NCBI GenBank assembly: GCA_965198175.1 | Contig: OZ240245.1 | Location: 1,024,001 to 1,088,000 of the forward strand | DNA from: Candidatus Poribacteria bacterium | GTDB taxonomy: Bacteria > Poribacteria > WGA-4E > PCPOR2b | DNA: 64,000 nucleotides | Direction: 5' to 3' | In this document: in pieces, positions 51,393-60,187 of the stretch | Numbering within the stretch: position 1 is the stretch's first letter | How the letters are laid out: each line of letters starts with the position of its first letter | Position numbers and translations under genes: made by a program | The notes under the pieces: model-generated | What the model was told of the DNA's origin: nothing | The model's database searches: none | What the model saw: the letters and a program-made list of their open reading frames with translations, nothing else

Positions 51393-52820
51393 CTACAACG
51401 ATTCCAGAAAAGCGATGAGCGCGTCTCTGTCGGTAGCGGACATCTGCTGAACTGACTCACGCGATTGCTCTGCTTCCCCACCGTGCCACAGAATCGCCTC
51501 CAGCAATCCTCTCGCTCGACCATCATGGAGAAAGTTGGTATGTCCGTTGACCACTTTGACCAACCCGATACCCCACAGCGGCGGTGTGCGCCACTCTGAG
51601 CCACTCGCCAAAAAATCCGGGCGATTGTCTGCCAACCCTGGACCCATGTCGTGCAACAGCAGATCGGTGTAGGGGTGAATCGTCTGGTTGGAAACCGCCG
51701 GTACATCTGCTAACGTCCTTGTCCGCAACGTCGGGACATGGCAACCGGAACAACCCGCACTCTCGAAAAGTTCCTCACCATGTTGAACAAGCGGATCATC
51801 AAGATCGCGTCGAGCGGGTACAGCAAGGGTTTGGACGTAAAATGTCACCACATCCAAAATTTCATCGCTGAGTTCCGGATCATCGCCCCGTCTGTCGTAT
51901 TGCGATTGCCCATCCGAACTTTCTCTCGGTAACAGCGAGGTTGTAATGCCCATGTCGTCGTGGTAAGCAGAAGCGACTTGTTGAATCAGCGTCGGCTGAT
52001 TCGCCTTCCACCCAAATCGACCTAGATTCCGCCTATTCTCCTGTACATCCCAAACGTAATTCGCTTTCCCTGAAATCCCATCGCCATCCCGATCAGCTTC
52101 GTCCACCAAAGCAAGGATGGTGGATTCAGGTATTGCTTCGAGCAGCCCTAAACCAAACACAACGGGTGCGACGCGGGGCGAGATTTCAACGTCGTCCGGC
52201 AACGGTTGATATGCGTTTTCAATTCTGTAGTTCGGCGTGCGGAGATGCACCTTCACCCCGTCACTTGTTGTGAGTTCGCCCTCCGTATAATCAATCGTTA
52301 CTGTTCCCTCCGGGGGTACGCCGAAGATTGCGCGGTTATTGAGTTGGGTGCCGAAACCGGGAACTGGGACAGGTCCTTGTGTAACGTCTCCTTCCGGGTT
52401 AGGAAGGCTCACGCGGAAAAGCATTGATGTGAATTTTTCACCCGATGTCGGTGCGCGCCCTCGCCCATCTCGCACATGACAATTGATGCACGAGATATTA
52501 TTGTAAACCGGTCCGAGCCCCGGGTTGACCTCCGCCGGCACCGTAACAAACACCGCTTCAAATTCAACATCACCCTCTAGGTGCTTTGCGAGTCCATCTG
52601 CCGAAAGGTTTGGCGCGGGCGTCGAAAACGCATGGCTCGTCGCGTCAAACACCGTCGTGTCCCCCCCGGAAAGCCCTTTATTCGGGACATCATTTTTATC
52701 TGAATCGGTCAGATTATCCGAATCACAAGCGGCGATCAGCATACAAAGTAACATCATAGGGAAGAGAATGTATGAACGATGATTTGGTTTCATGATTTCA
52801 AATGTCAATTTTTCGACCAT
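51393..52820 (-). CDS. Di-heme oxidoreductase family lipoprotein (DHOR/DUF1111)
   Basis: Lipobox IAAC; GLGP.YN..SCINCH, GRFGWKA, GCSGCH, YTDLLLHDMG, WRTPPLWG, LHDGRAR. Start may be 52793. Confidence 0.9.
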   Translation of the reverse strand: MVEKLTFEIMKPNHRSYILFPMMLLCMLIAACDSDNLTDSDKNDVPNKGLSGGDTTVFDATSHAFSTPAPNLSADGLAKHLEGDVEFEAVFVTVPAEVNPGLGPVYNNISCINCHVRDGRGRAPTSGEKFTSMLFRVSLPNPEGDVTQGPVPVPGFGTQLNNRAIFGVPPEGTVTIDYTEGELTTSDGVKVHLRTPNYRIENAYQPLPDDVEISPRVAPVVFGLGLLEAIPESTILALVDEADRDGDGISGKANYVWDVQENRRNLGRFGWKANQPTLIQQVASAYHDDMGITTSLLPRESSDGQSQYDRRGDDPELSDEILDVVTFYVQTLAVPARRDLDDPLVQHGEELFESAGCSGCHVPTLRTRTLADVPAVSNQTIHPYTDLLLHDMGPGLADNRPDFLASGSEWRTPPLWGIGLVKVVNGHTNFLHDGRARGLLEAILWHGGEAEQSRESVQQMSATDRDALIAFLESL

Positions 52821-53391
52821 TTTCGTTTTTGGCTTTGCGCACTCTCGCCGCCAATTGATATAACTCCGCTAACTCAAAACGATTTATGTCACAAAATCGT
52901 TGAACGGCTTCCTCAATAGGGACGAATTCCACGCTTGCCACCTGTTCGCTGTCTTCAGGGTTTTCGGGGCTGCCGATGATTTCCACCGCTCCATAACCCA
53001 CAAGCCGATAGAATTCGGGGTGTGGTAGATGCGGGCGATAGGGCTTTGGGGCAGTTGAAAAACAGTGCCAAGCACCGAGTAGTTCAAAGGATATCAGACG
53101 GGCACCAGCCTCTTCAATCAACTCGCGACTTATGGCGTCCGAATAGCTTTCGCCCGGTTCCAACGTGCCGCCCGGAACCTCCCATACCCCTGTTTGTAAG
53201 CGGAGTACCAACCACCGATCCTCTTTGAACCGATCCTCTTTGAATGGAACAAGATTGACGTTACTGATTAAATTGAGGGGCGGCATCTCGCTGAGACATT
53301 TAAATCTACACGTTACAGTTTGCCAACTGGTGGTTCCAAACAGGTTTGGAAAGTCGTTTTTCGATATCGATTTATCCGCTTTTAATCTCAT
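52798..53391 (-). CDS. NUDIX hydrolase
   Basis: Nudix box PGGTLEPGESYSDAISRELIEEAG. Confidence 0.88.
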   Translation of the reverse strand: MRLKADKSISKNDFPNLFGTTSWQTVTCRFKCLSEMPPLNLISNVNLVPFKEDRFKEDRWLVLRLQTGVWEVPGGTLEPGESYSDAISRELIEEAGARLISFELLGAWHCFSTAPKPYRPHLPHPEFYRLVGYGAVEIIGSPENPEDSEQVASVEFVPIEEAVQRFCDINRFELAELYQLAARVRKAKNENGRKIDI

Positions 53392-53897
53392 TTCAGTTCC
53401 CAGACCTGTACGTCATGCCCTGGAAGGTCAAAAGGATACTCGCCATACTCAAGCAGAGCCAAGCCGGTATCATCCGTCTTGACAACAAGGTGGAGCTGAT
53501 GCGGTGAAACGCTTGTGTTCACGCGCTCAAGTAACAGGAACTGTGTGCCGTCATCAACCGTTATGTTCACCTTCGTCCAGAGAATACCTTCACCGCCCAT
53601 ATATGTTCCCTCCGACAGCAAAATCTGGTGCGGCGTCTCTGGTGGTAAGGTGAAACTTTCACCTATGACGTAGGTCGAATTTGGATTGGTGTGTTCTACA
53701 AGTACCCAAGTCCCAGGTATTGGCACTTCAACACCGTTCTGATTGACAACCCAAACGTGATCGCGTTCTTCTATGGGAGTTGGGGGCTCTGTCTCAGGAA
53801 CCTGCGGTAGTAGAAGTTGCTGTAGCTGGTCGCAGGCAGAAAGCCCCACAACCATAGCCAATACAACCAAGAGTTTTGTGATTGTTCCGATGTGCAT
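53388..53897 (-). CDS. Hypothetical lipoprotein
   Basis: Lipobox LSAC and Pro-rich linker; stop overlaps the NUDIX start (ATGA). Confidence 0.7.
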   Translation of the reverse strand: MHIGTITKLLVVLAMVVGLSACDQLQQLLLPQVPETEPPTPIEERDHVWVVNQNGVEVPIPGTWVLVEHTNPNSTYVIGESFTLPPETPHQILLSEGTYMGGEGILWTKVNITVDDGTQFLLLERVNTSVSPHQLHLVVKTDDTGLALLEYGEYPFDLPGHDVQVWELK

Positions 53898-53947
53898 TTT
53901 TTCGTCTTTCTAAATAAAAAAGTTGTGCGTGTCAATAAATTATGCAA

Positions 53948-53980
53948 AGAAGCCGAATATTTCCCAAAAAATCGGCTTCT
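53948..53980 (-). terminator. Hairpin, probable terminator originally following the imelysin gene
   Basis: AGAAGCCGA...TCGGCTTCT 9-bp perfect stem just downstream of the duplicated imelysin 3' end; short U tract. Confidence 0.5.
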
Positions 53981-53999
53981 CTGTCATTCGCTAGCCTGC

Positions 54000-54031
54000 G
54001 TTAGTTGAAATTACTGTCTAACACTAACTTC
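54000..54031. repeat. 32-bp direct repeat of the imelysin gene 3' end (second copy 54632-54663)
   Basis: GTTAGTTGAAATTACTGTCTAACACTAACTTC versus GTTAATTGAAATTACTGTCTAACACCAACTTC, 30/32 identical. Confidence 0.9.
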
Positions 54032-54211
54032 GTGTATAAGGGGTGATTGAATTTCATGACATTGTCCCTCAGTCAACAAGTATAACGAAAAAGTTCAGTT
54101 GCGGGATGGCTGGAGAACAAACAAGACACGTAAACAAAGGTAACTGACCAGTCGTTTCCAAGTAAAATCGCGTCTAACCACCAGTTAGACATCTCAGAAA
54201 GGAACGTATCC

Positions 54212-54601
54212 ATGAATCACATCCATAGAACGCTTGTCGTGATTGCCGTCATGTTGGCAGCCGTTATTAGCGGCTGTTCAAACGACGAAGAATCAGGCAC
54301 TGAACTTGCGCTGAACGAGCATTACGATAATGTCAGAAACGGTGCCCGACTTATGTTGGCATACAACGCTCAAAGTGATACTTTCAAAGGTACAGTGGAA
54401 AACACCACCGATAAAACCTTGAAGCAAGTTCGAGTTGAAGTCCACTTGTCAAATGGAACAGAGCTCGGACCAACAACGCCGGTTGATTTAGCACCCGGTG
54501 AAAAGAGGGTAATCGAACTAACGGCAACAAGCAAGGACTTTGACGGGTGGACGGCCCATCCTGAGGTTGGAGACTACGGAGGGAACGGTGAGCATGATTG
54601 A
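54212..54601 (+). CDS. Small lipoprotein (FxLYD-like Ig-fold)
   Basis: Lipobox ISGC; GTVENTT..TL..VRVEVHL..G.ELG...DLAPGE; RBS AAGGA. Confidence 0.7.
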   Translation: MNHIHRTLVVIAVMLAAVISGCSNDEESGTELALNEHYDNVRNGARLMLAYNAQSDTFKGTVENTTDKTLKQVRVEVHLSNGTELGPTTPVDLAPGEKRVIELTATSKDFDGWTAHPEVGDYGGNGEHD

Positions 54602-54632
54602 AAAGACCGACCCTGAAGCCGCCTATCGTTTG

Positions 54633-55748
54633 TTAATTGAAATTACTGTCTAACACCAACTTCAAGATATCCTCCTCTAGTGTCTGCTGAACCGTGCCGA
54701 CCGCATCAATTGCTGCTTGAACAGCAGAACGCTGGGCGGTGATTGAATCGCGGAAGGGGTCTGGAATCGCACCGATGGTATCGATCGCGGTCTGGACTTC
54801 GGTTTGGAATCTGGTGTCCAAGTCGGCGTCCTTACTATTCACAAATTCGTTAAGCCCCAAACTATCGGCGGTAAATTTCCCCATGTAGACGTTTTGGATT
54901 CCGCGGATATTGTCTTGGAAGTCAGTAATCGAGTTGAAACTAAATTGCGATTCGACGAGAGTTGTGTCCCGCTCATTGAACGGATCGGAGATTTTTCCGT
55001 TGGCGACTTCATCGGCGATGACAATCATGCCGTTAACCATCTCCTGCATTGCGTCTTTCTGTGATTTATATATTGTGCTTGAGGTGCCGGCGTTAGCAAC
55101 TTCTGAGGCGTAATTTTCGCCCGATGCCTCCCACGCGTTACGCAACTGACCGGTTTTTGCATTCAGATTCTCCGTCGTTGCGGTGAGGTATTCAAGCTCA
55201 CGGGGGGTAATATCAGCAGCTTTTCGCTGGTCGCCTTCGCGGAAGAGGAGATACTCGATGGTATGGAAGCCTTTCAGCGTGTCCTCAAGTGCGTCAATTG
55301 ACGCTGAAGTCAACACCTGCTCACTGGCGAGCACTGCGTCGAGGTCAACCTTATTGACGGGCCAGCTATCGAGCGCCGGGTCAAGACCCTGCGTATCAAC
55401 TGGACCGAACAGGAACGATTCACTCTGTTCCCACGGTTTCCGCGCTGCTTTCCACGCCGCTTGCGCCTGCTTCAAGTTGGCTTGGGTGGCATCCCCTTCC
55501 AACGCCTTGACAGCGGTCAGCAGTTCGCCTGCTTTATTATCCAAGTCGGTGTAAGTGGCGAGCACAACTTTGTTGGCGAAGTCGCTCAATGTGGTGGTTG
55601 CATCAAAGGCGGTTCCAGTGCCGCCAGTGGCAGGATCGTCGTCCTCGCCACAACCTGAGAGCCCGCAACCGATGATAAAAATTGACAGGACCACAAGGGA
55701 TGATAGGTTACAACAAAAGAATTTCGTTAGATATTGATTGAATCTCAT
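54633..55748 (-). CDS. Imelysin family iron-regulated lipoprotein (IrpA-like, peptidase M75)
   Basis: Lipobox LSGC; AR.PWEQSE.FLFGP, DSWP, KGFHTIEYLLF (GxHxxE), EVA.GKI..P, ES.FS.NS. Confidence 0.9.
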   Translation of the reverse strand: MRFNQYLTKFFCCNLSSLVVLSIFIIGCGLSGCGEDDDPATGGTGTAFDATTTLSDFANKVVLATYTDLDNKAGELLTAVKALEGDATQANLKQAQAAWKAARKPWEQSESFLFGPVDTQGLDPALDSWPVNKVDLDAVLASEQVLTSASIDALEDTLKGFHTIEYLLFREGDQRKAADITPRELEYLTATTENLNAKTGQLRNAWEASGENYASEVANAGTSSTIYKSQKDAMQEMVNGMIVIADEVANGKISDPFNERDTTLVESQFSFNSITDFQDNIRGIQNVYMGKFTADSLGLNEFVNSKDADLDTRFQTEVQTAIDTIGAIPDPFRDSITAQRSAVQAAIDAVGTVQQTLEEDILKLVLDSNFN

Positions 55749-55773
55749 TGGATTTCTCCTTTTAGGTTTGAAG

Positions 55774-56976
55774 TTAGTATTGAAACCCGAAGCCGATCGC
55801 GAAGGTATTTTCTTTATTATCGACTTCGGTGCTCAATCTTCGTGCTGAGTAATGTGCCTTGAAGACCAGTTGCGGATGTGGATGATAATTGACACCACAT
55901 GTCCATGTCTGACGTTCCCAACGTGGATTATCAAAGATGTTACCCTCCACCTCAACCATTGTATCGTAGTTGTCGTAGCGGACGAACAGATCGAGTGCTG
56001 CTTCAGTATTCAAGGATGATTTTAAAAACGCCAGCAGATTGTAACCGACTTCGAGGTATCCGCCGTAGGCTTGGCTTCCGACAGGCGTCCGCTTGACGTT
56101 CAGGTTGTTTGAGAGATTTCGATTGGCTTTGGAGATAAGGTCTGAATTTTCGAGTGTTCCGTACAGAAACAACCCGCGAACCTTCAACGCACCGATCTCG
56201 TAAAATCCGTGCAGGTCAACGATGGAAACGTGGGCGTTAGCTTGGAGGTCCGGTTTCGGACGGTTGTCCGCACTGTCTCCGTAGTAGGCGGAGACACCGA
56301 GAACTGTCCCCTCCATGACCTTGTAATCGACTCGACCAACGAGCGCGAAATCTTCAGCATTGGCTGTTTCAAAGCGTAATTGATGACCGCCCACAATCCA
56401 ACGGCGCGAACTGAAGCCCGTGGAGTCCAAGCCGTTGACGACTTGTGCCTGATAGTTGAACGCGCCAATTTTGCCGAATAACTCAATCCCGTTTTCGTGC
56501 CAGATGGTTGGAATCAGATTTGATTCAGATTCGGGGCGGGTGGTCGTGAAGTAGTGTTGCGGGCGATGCCGCTTGGCAGTCAGACCGACTGGAACGATGA
56601 TGTGACCCACCCGAATGTTGAGTGCCGGGCGAATGTCAAAAACTGCAGCGAGTTTCTCAACGATGACCTCGCCGCCTTTTTCGACTTCCATCTCGAATTC
56701 GCCGAACTCCTCGAATTTGTCGAATTCCATTGTGATGCCAGTTCCACCGTGCTCGAACTCAAGTTCCGCTTCAAGCCGGATAGTGTCGGTTATTTGGCAC
56801 TTCGGTGCGATAACAAGCCGTTCGACGTCAATGTGGCTGCGTCGCTCTGGATCAGTCTGCCAATCGAAGTTGGCATAATTGATTACTCCGTAACCGGAGA
56901 TTTGCAGACGCTTGGAGTCAGCGGTTACAGCGTGAGCCATCAAGAATATAAGAACACCACAACAAAAGCCTCGCAA
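55774..56976 (-). CDS. Outer-membrane beta-barrel porin associated with imelysin
   Basis: Signal peptide; ISGYG, ELEFEHGG, IPT.W.E.G; C-terminal FGFQY; TTG start after GAGG. Confidence 0.8.
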   Translation of the reverse strand: MRGFCCGVLIFLMAHAVTADSKRLQISGYGVINYANFDWQTDPERRSHIDVERLVIAPKCQITDTIRLEAELEFEHGGTGITMEFDKFEEFGEFEMEVEKGGEVIVEKLAAVFDIRPALNIRVGHIIVPVGLTAKRHRPQHYFTTTRPESESNLIPTIWHENGIELFGKIGAFNYQAQVVNGLDSTGFSSRRWIVGGHQLRFETANAEDFALVGRVDYKVMEGTVLGVSAYYGDSADNRPKPDLQANAHVSIVDLHGFYEIGALKVRGLFLYGTLENSDLISKANRNLSNNLNVKRTPVGSQAYGGYLEVGYNLLAFLKSSLNTEAALDLFVRYDNYDTMVEVEGNIFDNPRWERQTWTCGVNYHPHPQLVFKAHYSARRLSTEVDNKENTFAIGFGFQY

Positions 56977-57002
56977 TTCTACCTCTTTTTTGGTTAATTG
57001 CA

Positions 57003-57021
57003 ATTGAGACTCTATTTCAAT
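57003..57021. promoter_or_regulatory. Fur-box-like site 1
   Basis: ATTGAGACTCTATTTCAAT, imperfect 9-1-9 palindrome upstream of the iron module. Confidence 0.6.
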
Positions 57022-57092
57022 AAGCTGTGAAATAAAAACACACATACTTATCCGTCATTCGGACTGATTGGTATGAACAACACGTAAATTGT

Positions 57093-57111
57093 ATTGAGAC
57101 TCATTCTCACA
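57093..57111. promoter_or_regulatory. Fur-box-like site 2
   Basis: ATTGAGACTCATTCTCACA; shares ATTGAGACTC with site 1. Confidence 0.6.
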
Positions 57112-57395
57112 GTGAACCCCTCGCCAAACAGTCATTTTTTAAAATCGCGATAGTATAAATCACAGTGAAGATTTTGTCAAGTATTTTTTCTAAGATTTTC
57201 AGTAAAAAATTCCGAGTGCCCTGAAGTGCCTGTTTGAAAAGTCATTCCGATTGATTTAACTTGTACATTTCCAGCTATGTGTGAACACACCTAGTCTTGC
57301 ACGATTTTCAGGGTGCGTCTGATGTGTTGTAGGGCGCGGCTACTCAACCTTGTTCATTGCGTCTGTAATGTGGTACTCAGCTCCAATCTCTGCGA

Positions 57396-58544
57396 TCAGA
57401 ACTGGACACGAACCAGCGGCACCCGCAATTCAATATCAGGAATGTGGGAATCTCCACTAGTGATAGGGTAAACAGTCATCGTCGGAAAAGATAGGTTCGA
57501 TTGCTTCTCAGCGCGTTCAAGATTCAGCAACCCCACGCCACTTTCAGTGAAATAACCTGCTTCTGTGTCGTAGCTCCGGGTAAAATGGGCACCCGCTGTC
57601 AACCCGACCATGCCGACGAGTCCCATGAGGGTCCAAAAGGTCCGGTCTTCGGGCTCGATTTCGAGCAGAATATTCGCACCTAAACCGTAGAGTGTGCCTA
57701 TAATGCCGCCGATGTTAATAAGACGTGCGCGGGCACGACTCATGCTCAGTTTCGTTGACCATGCCCCCATGGTCGACAGCCCCACATTGCCGCCCATCAT
57801 CGCACTGCCTAGAATAAAGTTGCTGTTATCGTTATTCCTGTCGCGAACAGCCATAGCCCCGCAGATTGCAAACCATGTTCCCCAGACCCCGCCGAAATTA
57901 ATCAACGTTGCATCACCAGGGCTGATGTTTCTATCTTTGACAATGCTGCCAGCCAATGCCGATCCAATGATACCGCCCGCCATGCTCGCACCCACGGTGG
58001 GATTTCCACCGGCATCGGCGAGTGTTGCTGCCCCAACCGCTTGCCAGATGCCCCAAGCCCCCCCAAGATTAATCAATGAAGCCTGCCCATCGCTCAGTTC
58101 ACTCTCCCGTGTGAGACTTAGAGAACCGATTAATCCGCTCAAGGGACCCGCGATTAGAACGAGACCATAGGGGGCTTCCTCTTCTATGTCCAAAAGAATC
58201 AATGTGCCAACGCCTAGCCATGTCGTAAAGAGCGTACCAAAGCCGACTAAACCCGCTCTGCTCATGCCGCTGATTGATTTGGTCTGTCCTAGGAGGAGGG
58301 CAATTTCTCGCTTTTTGTCCGTTGCCAATTGTCCGTACGCAGTTTCGGGATACGCAGAGATAACCCAATCCAGTCGTCTGAGGGCTTTATCGTATTCCTC
58401 ATTGACAACCCGCTTAACGGCATCTTCATAGATTAATTGCGCTTCCATAGCCTTGAGCTCTGATTCAATCTCACCCGCCCACAGAGAGTGTGAGAAAAGA
58501 AAAAGAAGTGTTGCGATGATAATATTGATGAGTTGATTCGGCAT
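57396..58544 (-). CDS. TPR-like domain plus glycine-rich hydrophobic repeat membrane protein; paralog A
   Basis: Signal peptide, Y..A......YPET helix pair, three LINxGG.WG.W-type repeats, terminal Phe. Confidence 0.72.
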   Translation of the reverse strand: MPNQLINIIIATLLFLFSHSLWAGEIESELKAMEAQLIYEDAVKRVVNEEYDKALRRLDWVISAYPETAYGQLATDKKREIALLLGQTKSISGMSRAGLVGFGTLFTTWLGVGTLILLDIEEEAPYGLVLIAGPLSGLIGSLSLTRESELSDGQASLINLGGAWGIWQAVGAATLADAGGNPTVGASMAGGIIGSALAGSIVKDRNISPGDATLINFGGVWGTWFAICGAMAVRDRNNDNSNFILGSAMMGGNVGLSTMGAWSTKLSMSRARARLINIGGIIGTLYGLGANILLEIEPEDRTFWTLMGLVGMVGLTAGAHFTRSYDTEAGYFTESGVGLLNLERAEKQSNLSFPTMTVYPITSGDSHIPDIELRVPLVRVQF

Positions 58545-58590
58545 GTCTTGGATCTTCCTATTTATTGATTCTACGAATAAAAATTCGCGA

Positions 58591-59700
58591 TTAAAATCGG
58601 ATGCTGAGGAAATTGGCGCGTACACCATCAGAATTCAACTGTAACTCGTGAGGAGGTTGATGCCAGAGTGTCGAATCATTCCGCCGACTCAACCTTTGCG
58701 CCTCTAGAGACGGAACATGGCGAGTGGTGTGAGTGCCCACAATAAGTCCAGCGATGCCCCCACCCATCAGGAGACCAAATGCGGCCGCTTCACTAATGTC
58801 GTTCTCAGCGATTATCATCACTAAACCACCCGCAACTATAGTGCCGATAACCCCTCCCAGATTAATCAAAGTTGCCCGCGCCAACGTGATGTCAATTTTT
58901 GAGGAAAGCGATGCCATTGTTATTGCGCCTATATTGCCCCCGATGAGCGTCCAAGCGAGTAGTTCATCACCATCTGAAAGCCTTGCAACCTTTCCTGCGC
59001 TCAAAGATAGCCATGTGCCCCAAAGCGCACCGTAATTGATAATCCCCATGTCGCCTAAACTCGGGTCAATTCTCCTTGTGAGAACAGAGGTCGCTAGAAT
59101 ACCTGACAGTCCGCCGATCATTGCGCCGCCAATCAGCGGCTTTTCACCGTCATCTTCGTCGATCAAAATTGCCCAGCCCAGTCCCTGCCATGTGCCCCAA
59201 GAACCACTAAAGTTGATTAAGGCAGACTGACCTTGGGTCAATTTAGCGTTTCGCGTCGCAATTAGAGAGGTCAGAAGTCCCACCGGTGCGCCTATCATCA
59301 TACCCGCAGCGACGGTTTTTTCGCCATCCGTATCATCAGCAAGCCTCGCCGCACCAATTCCCAACCATGTCGAATATAGGGTGCTGAACACAACGGTCCC
59401 AATTCGGCCGCTCTGGTCGATATTCATGCGCTGGATGTCAGGTAGATTCAGTTGCTCCAATCGTCGTTTCCGATCTTCAGCAAACTGCGCATAGACAGTG
59501 TCCGGATATCTGTCAATGACTTCATTGAGTTGGTCGTGTGCCTCACCGTAATTTCCTTGAACTATCAGTCTGAAAGCGGTCTCATAAAGCTGTGCTGCCT
59601 CGCTGGATTCGGCGAAAACCGCATTTACATTTAGCTGAGAAAATAAGGCGCATACAAGAATTGAGATTAATGCTGCCCCGATCTGTTTATGAATCATCAC
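58591..59700 (-). CDS. TPR-like domain plus glycine-rich hydrophobic repeat membrane protein; paralog B
   Basis: Same architecture as paralog A; GTG after AGGGTGAG. Confidence 0.72.
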   Translation of the reverse strand: MMIHKQIGAALISILVCALFSQLNVNAVFAESSEAAQLYETAFRLIVQGNYGEAHDQLNEVIDRYPDTVYAQFAEDRKRRLEQLNLPDIQRMNIDQSGRIGTVVFSTLYSTWLGIGAARLADDTDGEKTVAAGMMIGAPVGLLTSLIATRNAKLTQGQSALINFSGSWGTWQGLGWAILIDEDDGEKPLIGGAMIGGLSGILATSVLTRRIDPSLGDMGIINYGALWGTWLSLSAGKVARLSDGDELLAWTLIGGNIGAITMASLSSKIDITLARATLINLGGVIGTIVAGGLVMIIAENDISEAAAFGLLMGGGIAGLIVGTHTTRHVPSLEAQRLSRRNDSTLWHQPPHELQLNSDGVRANFLSIRF

Positions 59701-59761
59701 CTCACCCTTGCAGCCTCCGTCCTGTGATAAAAAGGATTTGAAAAAATCAGGAGGTTCTCAT

Positions 59762-60187
59762 TAGATATCTTTCCAAAAAAGATTTACATAGTTACAGTAA
59801 TCTTGGAGCATAGAATAACTATGCCGTTTGTCAACTTGTCGAGGCGTGTCTCAAGTTAACAATCGCGGCAATCACATTCCATGTTTTCCCATAGTTGCGA
59901 TGTTTGGCTCGATAGATGTCTTTGGTGATGCGAAAAATCTTACACCGTCTGACGATATGCTCAATGGCAATCCTGCGTGTTGCCAACCGTCGGTTGAATT
60001 GCTTCGCCTCCTGAGTCAACGGCTTGCTCCGATATTCCTTGATGGGCGTCGAACTGTTGGCATACCGTTTGGCTATGCCTTGATAACCACTATCAGCCAA
60101 CTTCTCAGTATCGGGGGAAATTGCCAGACGGCTTTCCTCTAGAATGCTGTAATCGTGAACACTCCCTTTGCGGCAGACTCTGAAAAA
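59762..60187 (-). mobile_element. 5'-truncated IS5-family (ISL2/IS702-like, DDE_Tnp_4) transposase fragment
   Basis: G..HD...LADSGYQGI...TPIK....PLT...KQFNR.LA..RI.IEH....KIFRI....YR. Coding remnant 59831-60187; possible right end TAGATATCTTTCCAAAA at 59762. Confidence 0.8.

Noticed and set aside
57329..57350. Isolated GTAGGG REP-like starts (also at 63139 and GTAGGA at 28931)
   Set aside because: Weak or absent palindromes and little mutual similarity.
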